A stretch of DNA of 64,000 nucleotides from an uncultured bacterium (GTDB lineage Bacteria; Chlamydiota; Chlamydiia; Chlamydiales; SM23-39), in the NCBI GenBank assembly GCA_963716985.1, contig OY970323.1:288001-352000 (forward strand). Direction: 5' to 3'. This document shows positions 20,257 through 31,096 of the stretch, one piece after another. The translations under genes and the position numbers were made by a program. Every line of letters starts with the position of its first letter. The stretch's first letter is position 1. Under the pieces are notes generated by a model. The model was given only the letters and a program-made list of their open reading frames with translations. It did not search any database and had not been told where the DNA came from.

Positions 20257-20297
20257 CTCCGGTAGGATTCGAACCTGCGACCCATTGATTAACAGTC
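20257..20297 (-). pseudogene. 3' half of tRNA-Asn(GTT), probable att-site remnant
   Basis: Minus strand reads gactGTTaatc-aatgggtc-gcaggTTCGAATcctac; no D-arm or 5' acceptor strand. Confidence 0.7.
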
Positions 20298-20480
20298 GGT
20301 AAAAACGCAATAACTCACAACACTCCACAAACAATAACGCCAGTTTTGGATCACGTTGACAAAACATACAGCAGCTCTCGCAGTAGCTGCTGCAAGACAG
20401 GCTTCTCATCCCGTGACCTCTATAGCCCAGTTGTTAAAAAGCATGAACAATTACCTTTCGAGAGGATTGCAAAATCCGCC

Positions 20481-21641
20481 TTATGCCACAGATTGGTTCG
20501 CCTTTGTGTAATGTAAAACTTGAAAAGAGCCTATTTTTTGCTCATGCTCACCTGCGTAAATCAAAAATCCCTGTTTGCATCGTTGTTTAGCCAGGTCTTG
20601 AAAAAATTGCAGATTTTTTAAAAATTCGCTATTGAATGTCTGAGAGGATTTGATCTCTATGGGAATGAGCTCTCTTCCAGATTGATAGATCAAATCCACT
20701 TCATGTCCATGACTATCTCTAAAGTAATATAAGTTCGGATCGAGTCCCTGGTTGAGCCTTGCTTTCATCAGTTCCAGCACGACCAGGTTTTCCATCAAAT
20801 TGCCCCGTAAAGGATCGCGAGCCATTTGTTCGATATTTTGAATCCCCAAAAGATAGGAGGCAAGTCCGGTATCAATAAAGTAGAGTTTGGAGCTTTTGAC
20901 CATTCTCTTGCCAAAATTTTCAAAATAGGGCTGCAGTCGGATAATGACATAAGAAGCCTCTAAGATAGAGAGCCACTCTTTTATCGTGTTAGAAGAAACG
21001 CCTATTTCATTCCCAATGCCTTCCAGATTTACCAATTGTCCTATTCTTCCTGCACATAAACGCACAAATTTTTGGAATTGCGTTAAATTTTTCACGTGGA
21101 TCAACTGACGAAGATCTCTTTCAACATAGGTTTGAAAATAGTTACGATATGCTTTTGTAGGATCAAGGTTGTCGAAATAAATTCCAGGATAGCCTCCTTT
21201 AAGAAGGATTTCATCTAAAGATAACTTAATTTTAGCATCGCGAAGCTCATTTAAGCTCATAGGGAAAAGAGTTAATAATGCGGTTCGTCCTGCCAAAGAT
21301 TGGGATATCGCCTCATGAAGCTCTAATTGATGGCTTCCCGTTAAAATAAACAACCCCTTTTTTTTCTTTTCATCTACAAAAACCTGAATGTAGGAAAGAA
21401 GCTTCGGAGCTTTTTGAATTTCATCCAAAATAGCCCCATTTTTATATTTTTCTAAAAATCCTCTTGGATCGGCAACCGCCATTTCCAAAACATCAATATT
21501 TTCCAGGTTCACATAGGGTTTGTCGGGAAATGCATATCGAACAAGCGTTGTTTTTCCCGATTGTCTGGGACCGGTTAACGTAACAACTGGATAACTTTTA
21601 GAAAGAGAAACCAGTTCATCAAGCAATGTGCGAGCATACAT
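20481..21641 (-). CDS. AAA+ ATPase (AAA_14 + DUF4143-like)
   Basis: GPRQSGKTT, LDEIQ, TGS, ESL-like SQSLAGR, C-terminal EVD..IEIK. Confidence 0.88.
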   Translation of the reverse strand: MYARTLLDELVSLSKSYPVVTLTGPRQSGKTTLVRYAFPDKPYVNLENIDVLEMAVADPRGFLEKYKNGAILDEIQKAPKLLSYIQVFVDEKKKKGLFILTGSHQLELHEAISQSLAGRTALLTLFPMSLNELRDAKIKLSLDEILLKGGYPGIYFDNLDPTKAYRNYFQTYVERDLRQLIHVKNLTQFQKFVRLCAGRIGQLVNLEGIGNEIGVSSNTIKEWLSILEASYVIIRLQPYFENFGKRMVKSSKLYFIDTGLASYLLGIQNIEQMARDPLRGNLMENLVVLELMKARLNQGLDPNLYYFRDSHGHEVDLIYQSGRELIPIEIKSSQTFNSEFLKNLQFFQDLAKQRCKQGFLIYAGEHEQKIGSFQVLHYTKANQSVA

Positions 21642-22050
21642 AAAAACCCGTCCGGCTACTTTGAAGTTCTACTTCAGATTATCCCAATTCTTCTTTCCTT
21701 AGTCAAAATAAATATTCGAATATTCAAGGACAAATGAAGCACGACAATCTTAACTAATTAATAAACAGGCCTTTGCGCATAGATCTAATCCCGGAATTTA
21801 ACGGATTCGAATGGCCTTGTTGCGTGGATTCCCGATTTTTGGACTCTTTGGCTCTATATTATCAAAGAAAGTTTTGGGAAAAGATATTTTTTACTCATTG
21901 AGAAGGATCCTCTTTTTGATTTTGTATAGCCTCAATGAAGAAAATTTTATTTGTTTTAATTTGAAATTTTTTTTCAGATTAGTTTTTCGTTCTCCTTTTT
22001 TGCCTGTTCGTGTAAACTTTATCTATTTCTTATAAAAATTGGGGGGAAGC

Positions 22051-22878
22051 ATGGGTGGGAAATGCGTCAAATCTTCATCGGAAATGACAATGCCTAGTTA
22101 CTTAGATGTCATGATTGGGAAGAGCTTGCAAAACACGAAAGTGGTCAACAAGGCTTTATTATTAGCGAAGAACTCTCTTGCGCTGATGGTTGAAGGGGTG
22201 AATTATGTGGGACAGAGCGTCGCAGATAAGTGCCGTGCGGCCCAAGTGGTTGTAGGGGCAGCTGCGGGAGCAATGATTGTGACAAAGATCCCGAACACAG
22301 CGCTGGAATTTCTGACTGCGTGCAAAAGGGAAGTGGGGAAAGTTACGACGGGAAGATCGGAGGAAGCGAAACTGGAAGCTCCGCTCTCATCGGAGGAAGA
22401 GGTCCTTCATAAAGGATCCGACTTTTTGGCAGATTCTATGACTCTGGTCAATTGGACGAGGCATGTTTTTCAATTTGGAAAGGCGCTGAATTCTCTTACT
22501 CTTTTGGGCAATTGTGCAACAATCGTCAAGGATAGCTACGATCTTTTCGAAGCGTCTCTTAGCCTTTATCATGCCAGAAAAATCGTTGAGCTCTGCGGCC
22601 TTTCGTTGAAAAAAAACCAGCTGGAAGATTTGGCTCGGCAAGAAAATCTCTGCTATATTAGGGCAGCAAGGACGATCTTGCACCTGGGCTTGACCGCTCT
22701 TGCAATTGTCGGAATTGTTTATGGATGGCATCTGCTGCTTGCCTGCGAGCTTGTCTTCCAGTCCGCCTATTGCATCGGATGCATTTGGGACGTTGTATAC
22801 GCAGATATGACCAAAACAATCAAGGAATCTCGAGGAAAGACCCTGGCGCCTCAACGGACGGGCCTTGTCGTCGCTTGA
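22051..22878 (+). CDS. Hypothetical protein, probable paralog of 18014-18808
   Basis: Same length class, shared motifs, C-terminal hydrophobic hairpin. Confidence 0.6.
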   Translation: MGGKCVKSSSEMTMPSYLDVMIGKSLQNTKVVNKALLLAKNSLALMVEGVNYVGQSVADKCRAAQVVVGAAAGAMIVTKIPNTALEFLTACKREVGKVTTGRSEEAKLEAPLSSEEEVLHKGSDFLADSMTLVNWTRHVFQFGKALNSLTLLGNCATIVKDSYDLFEASLSLYHARKIVELCGLSLKKNQLEDLARQENLCYIRAARTILHLGLTALAIVGIVYGWHLLLACELVFQSAYCIGCIWDVVYADMTKTIKESRGKTLAPQRTGLVVA

Positions 22879-22899
22879 TGCGCTTCTCTTAAAAGATTT

Positions 22900-22937
22900 A
22901 AAAAGCTCTCAAGAAAGATCATTTTGAGAGCTTTTTT
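22900..22937 (+). terminator. Rho-independent terminator (possibly bidirectional)
   Basis: aaaaagctctcaa...ttgagagctttttt hairpin. Confidence 0.7.
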
Positions 22938-22995
22938 CATTTCTCTCTTTTAAGATTTTTCTTTCATCGGACTGTCAGGGGTTCTTTGCGGAAAA

Positions 22996-23484
22996 ATGGG
23001 CAACAGGAAAGGGTTTTTCTCAAAACAACAGTATTCTTGGAAGAAAAAGAGAAAATCTGCGCTTTACGGCACTCTCAAAGTCTTCTTTTCGCAATATTTG
23101 GAATGGATTTTGGTCTTTTTTTTCGCAGGAGCGATCGCGGCATGCTCTGTTTTTTCATGGATTGTTGCCGAAACCTCTTGGACACTCGATCGCTTTCTTC
23201 AAAAAAACATTCCGCTTTCGGGAGAAAAAATGGCCATCTACGTCGAGGGCGCCGTTCAAAAAGAGGGCGTTTTTTTGGTAGAAAAAGGATGTGCGATCAA
23301 AAACCTGCTCGAAAGGACCGGTCTAAAACCCGAAGCCGTTTCTTGGAAGAAACTCTATCGAAAAAGATTCTTGATCGAGCCGGGTTCTTTTTTTGTCCCC
23401 GGCCTCGAGGATTTTTCCCCTTCATGGGACAATACCGTCTGGATGGAGCATTGGCAGCAGAAAGAAGGAGGTTGCTTGCGGTGA
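22996..23484 (+). CDS. Membrane-anchored SLBB-domain protein
   Basis: One TM followed by IYVEGAVQKEGVF...IKNLLERTG. Confidence 0.55.
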   Translation: MGNRKGFFSKQQYSWKKKRKSALYGTLKVFFSQYLEWILVFFFAGAIAACSVFSWIVAETSWTLDRFLQKNIPLSGEKMAIYVEGAVQKEGVFLVEKGCAIKNLLERTGLKPEAVSWKKLYRKRFLIEPGSFFVPGLEDFSPSWDNTVWMEHWQQKEGGCLR

Positions 23485-23741
23485 TTTCTTGGTTTCGTAA
23501 AGATTTTTTGAAGAAGATTTTTTTGGCCGTCTCTCTTTGCGATCGGGCGCATGAGTAGAGATTTTCGCCAAATTTTGTTGAGAGAAATGAAATGTTTTGA
23601 TAGGCTCCTTTCATTGTCTATTAAAGCATAGTACTTTCGGCAAAAAAACTGCCTAAGTTGAAACGTATAAGAGAGAAGGGTGTTTTTTCCCCTGGTTTTT
23701 TGGTGAGAAAAGGGCCTTTGTATCTCGATGAAGGAATGAAT

Positions 23742-24392
23742 ATGTCGCTGAAATTGATAGGAAAAAAGAAAGGAATGACACAGGTCTTTGATAAAAATGG
23801 CCAGGCGATGGCTTGTACGGTCATTTTGACAGAGCCCAATGTGGTAACGCAAGTGAAGAAGAAGGAAAAAGAGGGCTATGATGCCATCCAGCTGGGCGCA
23901 TTTCAGGATAAAAGAGCAACGAAGCCCATGAAAGGCCATTTTTTGAAGGCGGGCGTGGAGCCTTTTCGATCTCTTGCGGAATCGAGAATTCAAGCAGGTG
24001 AGACTTTTACCGTGGGCCAAAAGATCGAAGCGAACTACTTTGCCGAAGGAGAGTTTGTCGACGTCACTTCCATTTCCAAAGGAAAGGGATTTCAGGGCGT
24101 GATGAAACTGCATAATATGGCAGGAGGTCCCGCTTCTCACGGATCCGGATTTCATCGTCATGCAGGATCGACGGGCATGAGAACGACTCCGGGCCGCTGT
24201 TTTCCGGGAGCTCCTCGTGCGAGCCGCATGGGCGGCGATCAGAAGACGGTCCAAAGCTTGGAAGTGATTTACGTCAGCGTGGAAAAACACTTAATTGTTG
24301 TGAAGGGCGCTGTGCCCGGGTATAATGGCTGCACTGTCACCATCGGCAAGGCGAAAAAAGCGGTTAAGAAAAAGATAGAAAAAAAACGTTAG
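23742..24392 (+). CDS. rplC: 50S ribosomal protein L3
   Basis: GKKKGMTQVF, KGKGFQG. Confidence 0.97.
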   Translation: MSLKLIGKKKGMTQVFDKNGQAMACTVILTEPNVVTQVKKKEKEGYDAIQLGAFQDKRATKPMKGHFLKAGVEPFRSLAESRIQAGETFTVGQKIEANYFAEGEFVDVTSISKGKGFQGVMKLHNMAGGPASHGSGFHRHAGSTGMRTTPGRCFPGAPRASRMGGDQKTVQSLEVIYVSVEKHLIVVKGAVPGYNGCTVTIGKAKKAVKKKIEKKR

Positions 24393-24401
24393 GAGTGCAA
24401 T

Positions 24402-25061
24402 GTGGCGACTCTAAAGAAATATGATTTTACCGGCAAAGAAATTGGAACTTTGGCGATCCCTGATGAAGATCTGCAATCAAGCGTCAATGCGCAAATGATC
24501 AAAGATTACATCGTTGCCATCCGAAATAATACACGTCAATGGTCTGCAAATACGAAGACAAGGTGCGAGGTCAGCCATAGCGGTCAGAAGCCCCATCCGC
24601 AAAAAGGCATGGGAAGAGCGCGCCAAGGATACTTGGGAGCGCCTCAATATAAGGGCGGCGGCAGGGTAGGCGGCCCTCGGCCGAAATTTGATCAGCATGT
24701 TCGCATCAATAAAAAAGAAAGAGCTATGGCGATCCGCCATTTGCTGATCGAAAAAATTCAAGAGAATCATCTTTATATTCTTTCATTAAACCCGGCGCAG
24801 GTGGACAAGACGAAGCAGGCGGCTCAGTTTTTTGAAACGATCGGTCTTGCGGGAAAGAAAGTGCTCGTTCTTGCCAGTCTTTCCATGAAGGAAAAGAGTG
24901 AAGAATGGAGGCGCGTGCAAAGAAATATTCCGAAAACCGAGTTTCTCTATTTTGCGAATATCAATGGGTATGATTTGGCTTGCTATCCCCACGTTCTTCT
25001 TTTGGAAGATGCGGAGAAAGAGATGATGGACCTGCTTATCAAGAAGGAGAGGGGAAAATGA
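24402..25061 (+). CDS. rplD: 50S ribosomal protein L4
   Basis: KPHPQKGMGRARQG; operon order. Confidence 0.97.
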   Translation: MATLKKYDFTGKEIGTLAIPDEDLQSSVNAQMIKDYIVAIRNNTRQWSANTKTRCEVSHSGQKPHPQKGMGRARQGYLGAPQYKGGGRVGGPRPKFDQHVRINKKERAMAIRHLLIEKIQENHLYILSLNPAQVDKTKQAAQFFETIGLAGKKVLVLASLSMKEKSEEWRRVQRNIPKTEFLYFANINGYDLACYPHVLLLEDAEKEMMDLLIKKERGK

Positions 25062-25396
25062 AAAGAAAAAGTCCTTACGACATCATCAAATCTCGCTATA
25101 TGACGGAAAAGACCAGCGTTTTGGCAGGCCTGCATAAAGCGGAAAGCAACCCTTCTCTCAAAAAATGTAAGACTCCTAAAGTTGTTTTTCTCGTAGATAA
25201 AAAGGCAAACAAGCAGGAAATTGCACGTGCCGTGGAGAAAATTTATGCGCACAAAAATATTCACGTTACAGCAGTCAATACGATTCACGTGAAGCCCAAG
25301 CGCAAAAGAGTGCGCGGCCGTTTGGGGGAGACCAGCGGCTTTAAAAAGGCAATTGTATCGCTTGCTGCCGGCGAAACCATAGATGAACAAGAATAG
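25058..25396 (+). CDS. rplW: 50S ribosomal protein L23
   Basis: TEK, ANKQEI, KKAIV. Confidence 0.95.
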   Translation: MKRKSPYDIIKSRYMTEKTSVLAGLHKAESNPSLKKCKTPKVVFLVDKKANKQEIARAVEKIYAHKNIHVTAVNTIHVKPKRKRVRGRLGETSGFKKAIVSLAAGETIDEQE

Positions 25397-25404
25397 AGGA
25401 TGAT

Positions 25405-26229
25405 ATGACCAAGAAATTTCGACCGATTACCCCTAGCCAAAGAGCTCTCGTTCTGCCAAGCACCGATGAAATTGTTGCGGGAAAAAAGAAACCTCCCAAA
25501 TCGCTCTTGGTAGCGAAAAAGAGAATCAGCGGACGCAATCATCATGGACATATTACCTGTCGTCATCGAGGGGGTGGCCATAAGAGGAAATATCGAATAG
25601 TCGATTTTGTCAGAGACAAAGAAAATATTCCCGCAAAAGTCGCATCGATTGAGTATGATCCGAATCGCACATCGTTTATTGCTCTTTTGCATTATGCAGA
25701 CGGCGAAAAACGATATATCATCGCTCCGCAAGGCTTAAAAGTGGGCGCTATTGTCCAAGCAAGCGAAGTTCCTCCTTTCAATGTTGGCTGCGCCATGCGG
25801 TTAAAGAACATGCCGCTCGGTTCGGTGATTCATAATATTGAACTCTATCCTTCAAAAGGGGGAAAACTTGTGCGCTCCGCAGGTCTTTCAGCCCAGCTTT
25901 TGGGACGCAGCAATGGACACGCATCCATTCGCATGCCCTCGGGTGAAGTGCGGCTCATCCCGGAAGAGTGCAAAGCCACATTCGGGATTGTTTCGAATGT
26001 CGAGCACAATTTACGCGTAGACGGAAAAGCGGGACGTCGCCGTTGGATGGGAATACGGCCGACCGTTCGAGGAACTGCCATGAACCCTGTCGATCATCCT
26101 CATGGCGGCGGTGAAGGGCGCAGCAAAGGAAATCATCCTCAAAGTCCTTGGGGCTTGTGTGCGAAAGGATATCGTACACGATCGAAGAAGAAATCGAACA
26201 AATGCATCGTAAAGAGACGAAGTAGGTAA
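25405..26229 (+). CDS. rplB: 50S ribosomal protein L2
   Basis: [19 protein letters not shown]. Confidence 0.98.
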   Translation: MTKKFRPITPSQRALVLPSTDEIVAGKKKPPKSLLVAKKRISGRNHHGHITCRHRGGGHKRKYRIVDFVRDKENIPAKVASIEYDPNRTSFIALLHYADGEKRYIIAPQGLKVGAIVQASEVPPFNVGCAMRLKNMPLGSVIHNIELYPSKGGKLVRSAGLSAQLLGRSNGHASIRMPSGEVRLIPEECKATFGIVSNVEHNLRVDGKAGRRRWMGIRPTVRGTAMNPVDHPHGGGEGRSKGNHPQSPWGLCAKGYRTRSKKKSNKCIVKRRSR

Positions 26230-26231
26230 TT

Positions 26232-26531
26232 ATGGGAAGATCTTTGAGAAAGGGTCCATTCGTGGACCACCATTTGATGGAAAAAGTAGACAGTCAGAAT
26301 AAAGAAGGCAAGAAACGGCCGATCAAAACATGGTCGAGACGTTCCATGGTTGTGCCCGAGATGGTAGGACATACCTTTGAAGTGCATAACGGGAAGAAGT
26401 TCTTAAGTGTTTTTATTTCTGAAAACATGGTGGGACATCGGTTGGGCGAATTTTCCCCAACGAGGACTTTCAAAGGCCATCCAATTAAGAGAGTCACCGA
26501 AACGCCTGCGGCAGCAGCGCCGGCACAATAG
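26232..26531 (+). CDS. rpsS: 30S ribosomal protein S19
   Basis: [18 protein letters not shown]. Confidence 0.97.
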   Translation: MGRSLRKGPFVDHHLMEKVDSQNKEGKKRPIKTWSRRSMVVPEMVGHTFEVHNGKKFLSVFISENMVGHRLGEFSPTRTFKGHPIKRVTETPAAAAPAQ

Positions 26532-26541
26532 TTGAGGAATT

Positions 26542-26892
26542 ATGATGCAATATGCAAAAGCTATAACGAGATTTGTCAGAATCAGTCCGCGAAAAGCAAG
26601 GCTTGCAGCTCAGCTCATACGAGGGCGCAGAGCTCCGGAAGCGCTACTGCAATTGCGCTATTGCCGTTTGAAAGGCGGCAGGCTTCTCATGAAAACGTTG
26701 GATAGTGCCATTGCCAATGCGGAAACGCTGCTGGAAGCAAAGGTGGAAAACCTGTGCGTTCATGAGGTGCTTGTGGATGGCGGGCCAAGTTTTAAGAGAT
26801 CTAAATCTAAAAGTCGAGGAGGTCAGATGCCCTTCTTGAAGAGAACGAGTCATTTTACCGTTGTGCTATCGACTCAAAAGGAGAAGAAATAG
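26542..26892 (+). CDS. rplV: 50S ribosomal protein L22
   Basis: [19 protein letters not shown]. Confidence 0.97.
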   Translation: MMQYAKAITRFVRISPRKARLAAQLIRGRRAPEALLQLRYCRLKGGRLLMKTLDSAIANAETLLEAKVENLCVHEVLVDGGPSFKRSKSKSRGGQMPFLKRTSHFTVVLSTQKEKK

Positions 26893-26894
26893 AG

Positions 26895-27545
26895 ATGGGA
26901 CAGAAAGTATCACCTACGGCTTTTCGTTTAGTGCGAAGAAAAAAATGGCTTTCCAACTGGTACGCCAATAAAAATGAATTTGGCAATCTTTTAGCCGAAG
27001 ATCGAGTCATTCGCGACTATTTATCTAAAAAACCTGCACTTTCCGGCGCATCAAAGATTGTGATCAAGCGCATGAGCGGGAAGATTGAAGTGGTGATCCA
27101 TACGGCAAGGCCCGGACTTGTGATCGGGAAAAAAGGCGGCGAAATCGATATTCTCAAAGGCGAACTGAGCCAGTTGACTAAGATGGAAGTTTGGGTCGAG
27201 GTTGAAGAGATCAAAAGGCCTGACCTTGATGCAAAGCTTGTTGCCGATGGGATTGCAAAGCAAATTGCTAGAAGGATGCCGTTTCGCCGCGTATTAAAAA
27301 AGGCGATGCAGACGACGATGGATGCAGGAGCTGCGGGAGTCAAAGTGCAGCTATCCGGAAGGATTGGCGGTGCCGAAATTGCCAGGACCGAATGGTATAA
27401 GGAAGGATCGATTCCTTTGCATACATTGAGAATGGATATTGATTATGCCATGGGAAGAGCAGAAACGACCTATGGTTCGATTGGAGTCAAAGTGTGGATC
27501 AATAAAGGGGAAGAGATCATTTCTTCTAAAGCGATAGGGAGCTGA
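26895..27545 (+). CDS. rpsC: 30S ribosomal protein S3
   Basis: [22 protein letters not shown]. Confidence 0.97.
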   Translation: MGQKVSPTAFRLVRRKKWLSNWYANKNEFGNLLAEDRVIRDYLSKKPALSGASKIVIKRMSGKIEVVIHTARPGLVIGKKGGEIDILKGELSQLTKMEVWVEVEEIKRPDLDAKLVADGIAKQIARRMPFRRVLKKAMQTTMDAGAAGVKVQLSGRIGGAEIARTEWYKEGSIPLHTLRMDIDYAMGRAETTYGSIGVKVWINKGEEIISSKAIGS

Positions 27546-27547
27546 TT

Positions 27548-27964
27548 ATGGCTTTAATGCCGGTAAGAACAAAATTTAGAAAACAGCAAAAGGGGCAGTA
27601 CAAGGGAAGATCGCGCGCTGCCTTTGTCGAATTTGGCGATTTTGGAATGCAAGCTCTGGATAGGGGATGGTTGTCTGCGCAGCAAATCGAAGCATGCCGC
27701 GTTGCGATCACCCGTTTTTTTAGCCGCAAAGGTCAGGTGTGGATTCGCATTTTTCCCGATAAACCAATTACCAAAAAGCCTGCAGAAACGCGAATGGGTA
27801 AAGGAAAGGGGGCTCCCAGTTTGTGGGTGGCCGTGATTCGTCCCGGACGCATTCTTTTTGAAGTGGGCGGCGTGACGAAAGAGGAAGCGCAACAAGCGCT
27901 TCGCTTAGCATCTGCCAAAATCCCTATTCGTTCACGGTTTGTCAGCAGATTAGAAAGGGTATAA
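27548..27964 (+). CDS. rplP: 50S ribosomal protein L16
   Basis: RMGKGKG. Confidence 0.97.
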   Translation: MALMPVRTKFRKQQKGQYKGRSRAAFVEFGDFGMQALDRGWLSAQQIEACRVAITRFFSRKGQVWIRIFPDKPITKKPAETRMGKGKGAPSLWVAVIRPGRILFEVGGVTKEEAQQALRLASAKIPIRSRFVSRLERV

Positions 27965-27968
27965 ATTT

Positions 27969-28196
27969 ATGACGAAAGCAAAAGATTTGAGAAATGAGTC
28001 GGATGAGCAGCTCAACAGCATGATTGCCGATGGCGAGAAAGAACTTTTTGATTATAAAAACAAACTTGCTCTTTCTCATAAAGTAGAAAAGTCGCATTGT
28101 ATTCGTGAAAAAAGACGGGATGTCGCTCGCATCAAGACCATCTTGGCTGAAAGAAAACTTAAAGTGGAAGGAGCGAAAGCAAGTGGAAAGAGGTAA
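27969..28196 (+). CDS. rpmC: 50S ribosomal protein L29
   Basis: RRDVARIKT; operon order. Confidence 0.93.
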   Translation: MTKAKDLRNESDEQLNSMIADGEKELFDYKNKLALSHKVEKSHCIREKRRDVARIKTILAERKLKVEGAKASGKR

Positions 28197-28434
28197 GAGA
28201 AAGGTTCTGGAAGGTGTTGTTGCTTCCAATAAAATGAAGAAAACCGTGACGGTTCACGTGACTCGTCATTTTCACCATCCCCGATATGGGAAACTTCTTC
28301 ATGCGAAGACAAAATGCTATGCTCATGATGAAACCGGACAGCTACAAGTAGGGCAGAAAGTTCGAATTGCGGAATGCAGGCCTCTTTCCAAGCTCAAGCG
28401 ATGGCGAGTTGTGGAAATCGTTCAAAACCCTTGA
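28183..28434 (+). CDS. rpsQ: 30S ribosomal protein S17
   Basis: KMKKTV, HPRYGK, RPLSKLKRW; GTG start. Confidence 0.95.
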   Translation: MERGKRKVLEGVVASNKMKKTVTVHVTRHFHHPRYGKLLHAKTKCYAHDETGQLQVGQKVRIAECRPLSKLKRWRVVEIVQNP

Positions 28435-28452
28435 TACGTAAGAGAGAGAGAT

Positions 28453-28821
28453 ATGATTCAGGAAGAGACAAATCTTGATGTAGCAGATAACACGGGAGCG
28501 CGAAAAGTGCGATGTTTTCGCGTCCTTGGCGGCTCGGGGAAACGTTACGCACACGTGGGACAAATCATTGTTGTTTCGGTCAAAGATGCCGATCCTCAGG
28601 GAAGCGTGAAAAAGGGACAAGTGGTGCGTGCCGTAGTTGTACGGACGAAAGCGTATATCAAGAGACGTGATGGTTCCAAGATTCGATTTAACGACAATAG
28701 TTGTGTGATCATTAATGAAAAAAATGAACCTCTGGGAACGAGGATTTTTGGCCCGATGCCAAATGAGCTTCGAAAATGCGGATTTGTTAAAATCTGTTCT
28801 TTGGCACCGGAAGTCATTTAA
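28453..28821 (+). CDS. rplN: 50S ribosomal protein L14
   Basis: VADNTGA, SLAPEVI. Confidence 0.97.
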   Translation: MIQEETNLDVADNTGARKVRCFRVLGGSGKRYAHVGQIIVVSVKDADPQGSVKKGQVVRAVVVRTKAYIKRRDGSKIRFNDNSCVIINEKNEPLGTRIFGPMPNELRKCGFVKICSLAPEVI

Positions 28822-28833
28822 GGATAGGATTTT

Positions 28834-29172
28834 ATGAGTAACAAATGGATTAGAAAGAATGATCTCGTAGTTGTCATTGCGGGAAACGAGAAGGGCAAAA
28901 AGTCGAAGGTCTTAGCACGCAAAGGAGATCTCGTTCTTTTGCAGGGAATCAATTTGCGCAAGAAGCACATGAAGCGTACGCAAAAGACCCAGTCCGCGCA
29001 AATCTTGGATATCGAAGAGCCCATTCATATTTCCAATGTGCAGTTTTGCGATGATGAAGGAAAGCCGCTGAAAATGAAAGTAAAGCGAAATGAAGATGGA
29101 GAGAGAGAACTTGTTTACCAGGCCAAGGGCAAGGAAGTTGTTTTTCGTCCGATCCATAAACCAATAGAGTAG
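28834..29172 (+). CDS. rplX: 50S ribosomal protein L24
   Basis: KOW motif, PIHISNV. Confidence 0.95.
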   Translation: MSNKWIRKNDLVVVIAGNEKGKKSKVLARKGDLVLLQGINLRKKHMKRTQKTQSAQILDIEEPIHISNVQFCDDEGKPLKMKVKRNEDGERELVYQAKGKEVVFRPIHKPIE

Positions 29173-29180
29173 GGAAGCTG

Positions 29181-29732
29181 ATGTCTAGGTTATTGAAAAG
29201 ATTTCAGGAAGAGGTCGTTCCTGCAATGCAGAAAAAGCACGAGGACCGCAATGTCATGGAGTTGCCCGTATTGAAAAAGATCGTGATCCACATGGGGATT
29301 GCCGAGGCTGCAAAAGATAAAGGTATTCTGCAGGCCGTGACGAATGAACTGGGTCTCCTTTCGGGACAAAAGCCCCTTGTAACGAAAGCAAAAAAGGCCA
29401 TTTCAAACTTTAAATTAAGAGAAGGCCAGCCGATCGGCTTGAAAGTCACGCTCCGCGGCAAGAGAATGTATGATTTTTTAGATCGTTTTTGTAATATTGT
29501 GTGTCCGCGCATTCTCGACTTTCGGGGATTTTCAAAGAAAGGCGACGGAATGGGCAACTTGAGTATTGGACTGGAAGACCAACAGGCATTTCCGGAGATC
29601 AATTTAGATGATGTCAAAAAATCACAGGGAATGAATATCACATTTGTTACGACGGCTCGAAATGAAGATGATTGCGTGGAACTCTTAGAGCATTTGGGTT
29701 TTCCATTCAAAGAGACGAGCCCGGCACAATAA
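29181..29732 (+). CDS. rplE: 50S ribosomal protein L5
   Basis: FKLREG.PIG.KVTLRG. Confidence 0.97.
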   Translation: MSRLLKRFQEEVVPAMQKKHEDRNVMELPVLKKIVIHMGIAEAAKDKGILQAVTNELGLLSGQKPLVTKAKKAISNFKLREGQPIGLKVTLRGKRMYDFLDRFCNIVCPRILDFRGFSKKGDGMGNLSIGLEDQQAFPEINLDDVKKSQGMNITFVTTARNEDDCVELLEHLGFPFKETSPAQ

Positions 29733-29745
29733 AAAGAGGAAAGCT

Positions 29746-30138
29746 ATGGCATTTAACGATCCTATTGCAGAACTGCTCGTGAAGATTCGCAATGCAGGCG
29801 GTGCGCAACGTCGATTTGTCGATGTGCACACGAGCGTCATGAAAATGAGCATAATTGAAATTCTCAAAGAACATGGATTTATAGAAAATTTCTTTGTTAA
29901 TGAAGCAAAGAAGCAGGTGCGCGTTCTTTTGAAGTACACCCCAAAGCGAGAACATGTGATTCGCGGCCATAAGCGTTGCTCTACTCCCGGTCTTAGAAAG
30001 TATGTGAACCATAGAGAAATTCCGCGCGTATTCGGAGGAATTGGCCTTTCCATCCTTTCGACCTCGCAAGGCGTAATGGCCGGAGAATCGGCTCGAAAAA
30101 TGCATGTGGGCGGAGAAATTCTCTGCATGATCTGGTAA
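29746..30138 (+). CDS. rpsH: 30S ribosomal protein S8
   Basis: DPIAELL.KIRNA, STSQGVM. Confidence 0.97.
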   Translation: MAFNDPIAELLVKIRNAGGAQRRFVDVHTSVMKMSIIEILKEHGFIENFFVNEAKKQVRVLLKYTPKREHVIRGHKRCSTPGLRKYVNHREIPRVFGGIGLSILSTSQGVMAGESARKMHVGGEILCMIW

Positions 30139-30150
30139 GGAAGGTGGACA

Positions 30151-30708
30151 ATGTCAAGAATTGGTAAGGCTCCGATTGAGATTTCCAAGGGCGTACAAGT
30201 AGACGTGAAAGGCGATCTGGTTACGATTAAAGGGCCCAAGGGAACATTAACGCGGCAAATGATGAAGGGGCTCATTGCAAAGATAGCTGATGGCAGTTTG
30301 ATCTTGGAAGCTGATGAGACGATTGAAGCCATCGGCAAATTTCATGGGCTCTATCGTGCTTTGTTAAAAAACATGGTCACAGGCGTTTCTGAAGGATATG
30401 AAATCAGACTTGCTCTGGTGGGAGTCGGATTTCGTGCGGCCGTGATGGGTAGCAAACTCGATTTGAAAATCGGATTTTCGCATCCCACCTCTGTGCCCAT
30501 CCCGAGCGGCATTAAAGTGGAAGTAGATAGCAAAACGAATGAAATCATTATTTCAGGCCCGGACAAGCAACTCGTGGGCCAGTTTTCTGCCGATGTGCGT
30601 GCGATGAAAAAACCCGAGCCATATAAAGGCAAGGGCATTCGCTACAAAGATGAATATGTTCGCAAAAAAGCCGGAAAAGCAGCAGCTGCTGCAAAAGGAC
30701 CAGCGTAA
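30151..30708 (+). CDS. rplF: 50S ribosomal protein L6
   Basis: MSRIGK, PEPYKGKGI. Confidence 0.97.
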   Translation: MSRIGKAPIEISKGVQVDVKGDLVTIKGPKGTLTRQMMKGLIAKIADGSLILEADETIEAIGKFHGLYRALLKNMVTGVSEGYEIRLALVGVGFRAAVMGSKLDLKIGFSHPTSVPIPSGIKVEVDSKTNEIIISGPDKQLVGQFSADVRAMKKPEPYKGKGIRYKDEYVRKKAGKAAAAAKGPA

Positions 30709-30710
30709 CG

Positions 30711-31082
30711 ATGGATAATAGTCTTAGGAAAAGAAAGATCTCGAGAAAAAGACGTGCGCTGCGCGTGAGAAAAAAGATCACGGGAAGTTCTTTGATACCC
30801 CGTCTTTCCGTGCATAAGAGCAATTGCCACCTTTATGCGCAGCTGATCGACGATGAAAATGGAATCACTTTAGCAGGTGTAGGGACCCTCTCGAAGAAGT
30901 TTCAAAAGACGAAGTTCAATAAAAAATCCAAAGCTTCAGCTCGAGAAATCGGGAAGCAAATAGCGGAAGCTGCCAAGGGCAAAGAGATTCAAAGGGTCAT
31001 TTTTGATCGAGGCAGATACAAGTTTCATGGCGTGATTGCCGAGCTTGCGAATGGGGCTCGAGAAGCCGGATTACAATTTTAA
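30711..31082 (+). CDS. rplR: 50S ribosomal protein L18
   Basis: FDRG.YKFHG, AREAGLQF. Confidence 0.97.
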   Translation: MDNSLRKRKISRKRRALRVRKKITGSSLIPRLSVHKSNCHLYAQLIDDENGITLAGVGTLSKKFQKTKFNKKSKASAREIGKQIAEAAKGKEIQRVIFDRGRYKFHGVIAELANGAREAGLQF

Positions 31083-31096
31083 CTGAGGACGAAAAA

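Noticed and set aside
20257..20297. Functional tRNA-Asn
   Set aside because: Lacks the 5' half and a complete acceptor stem
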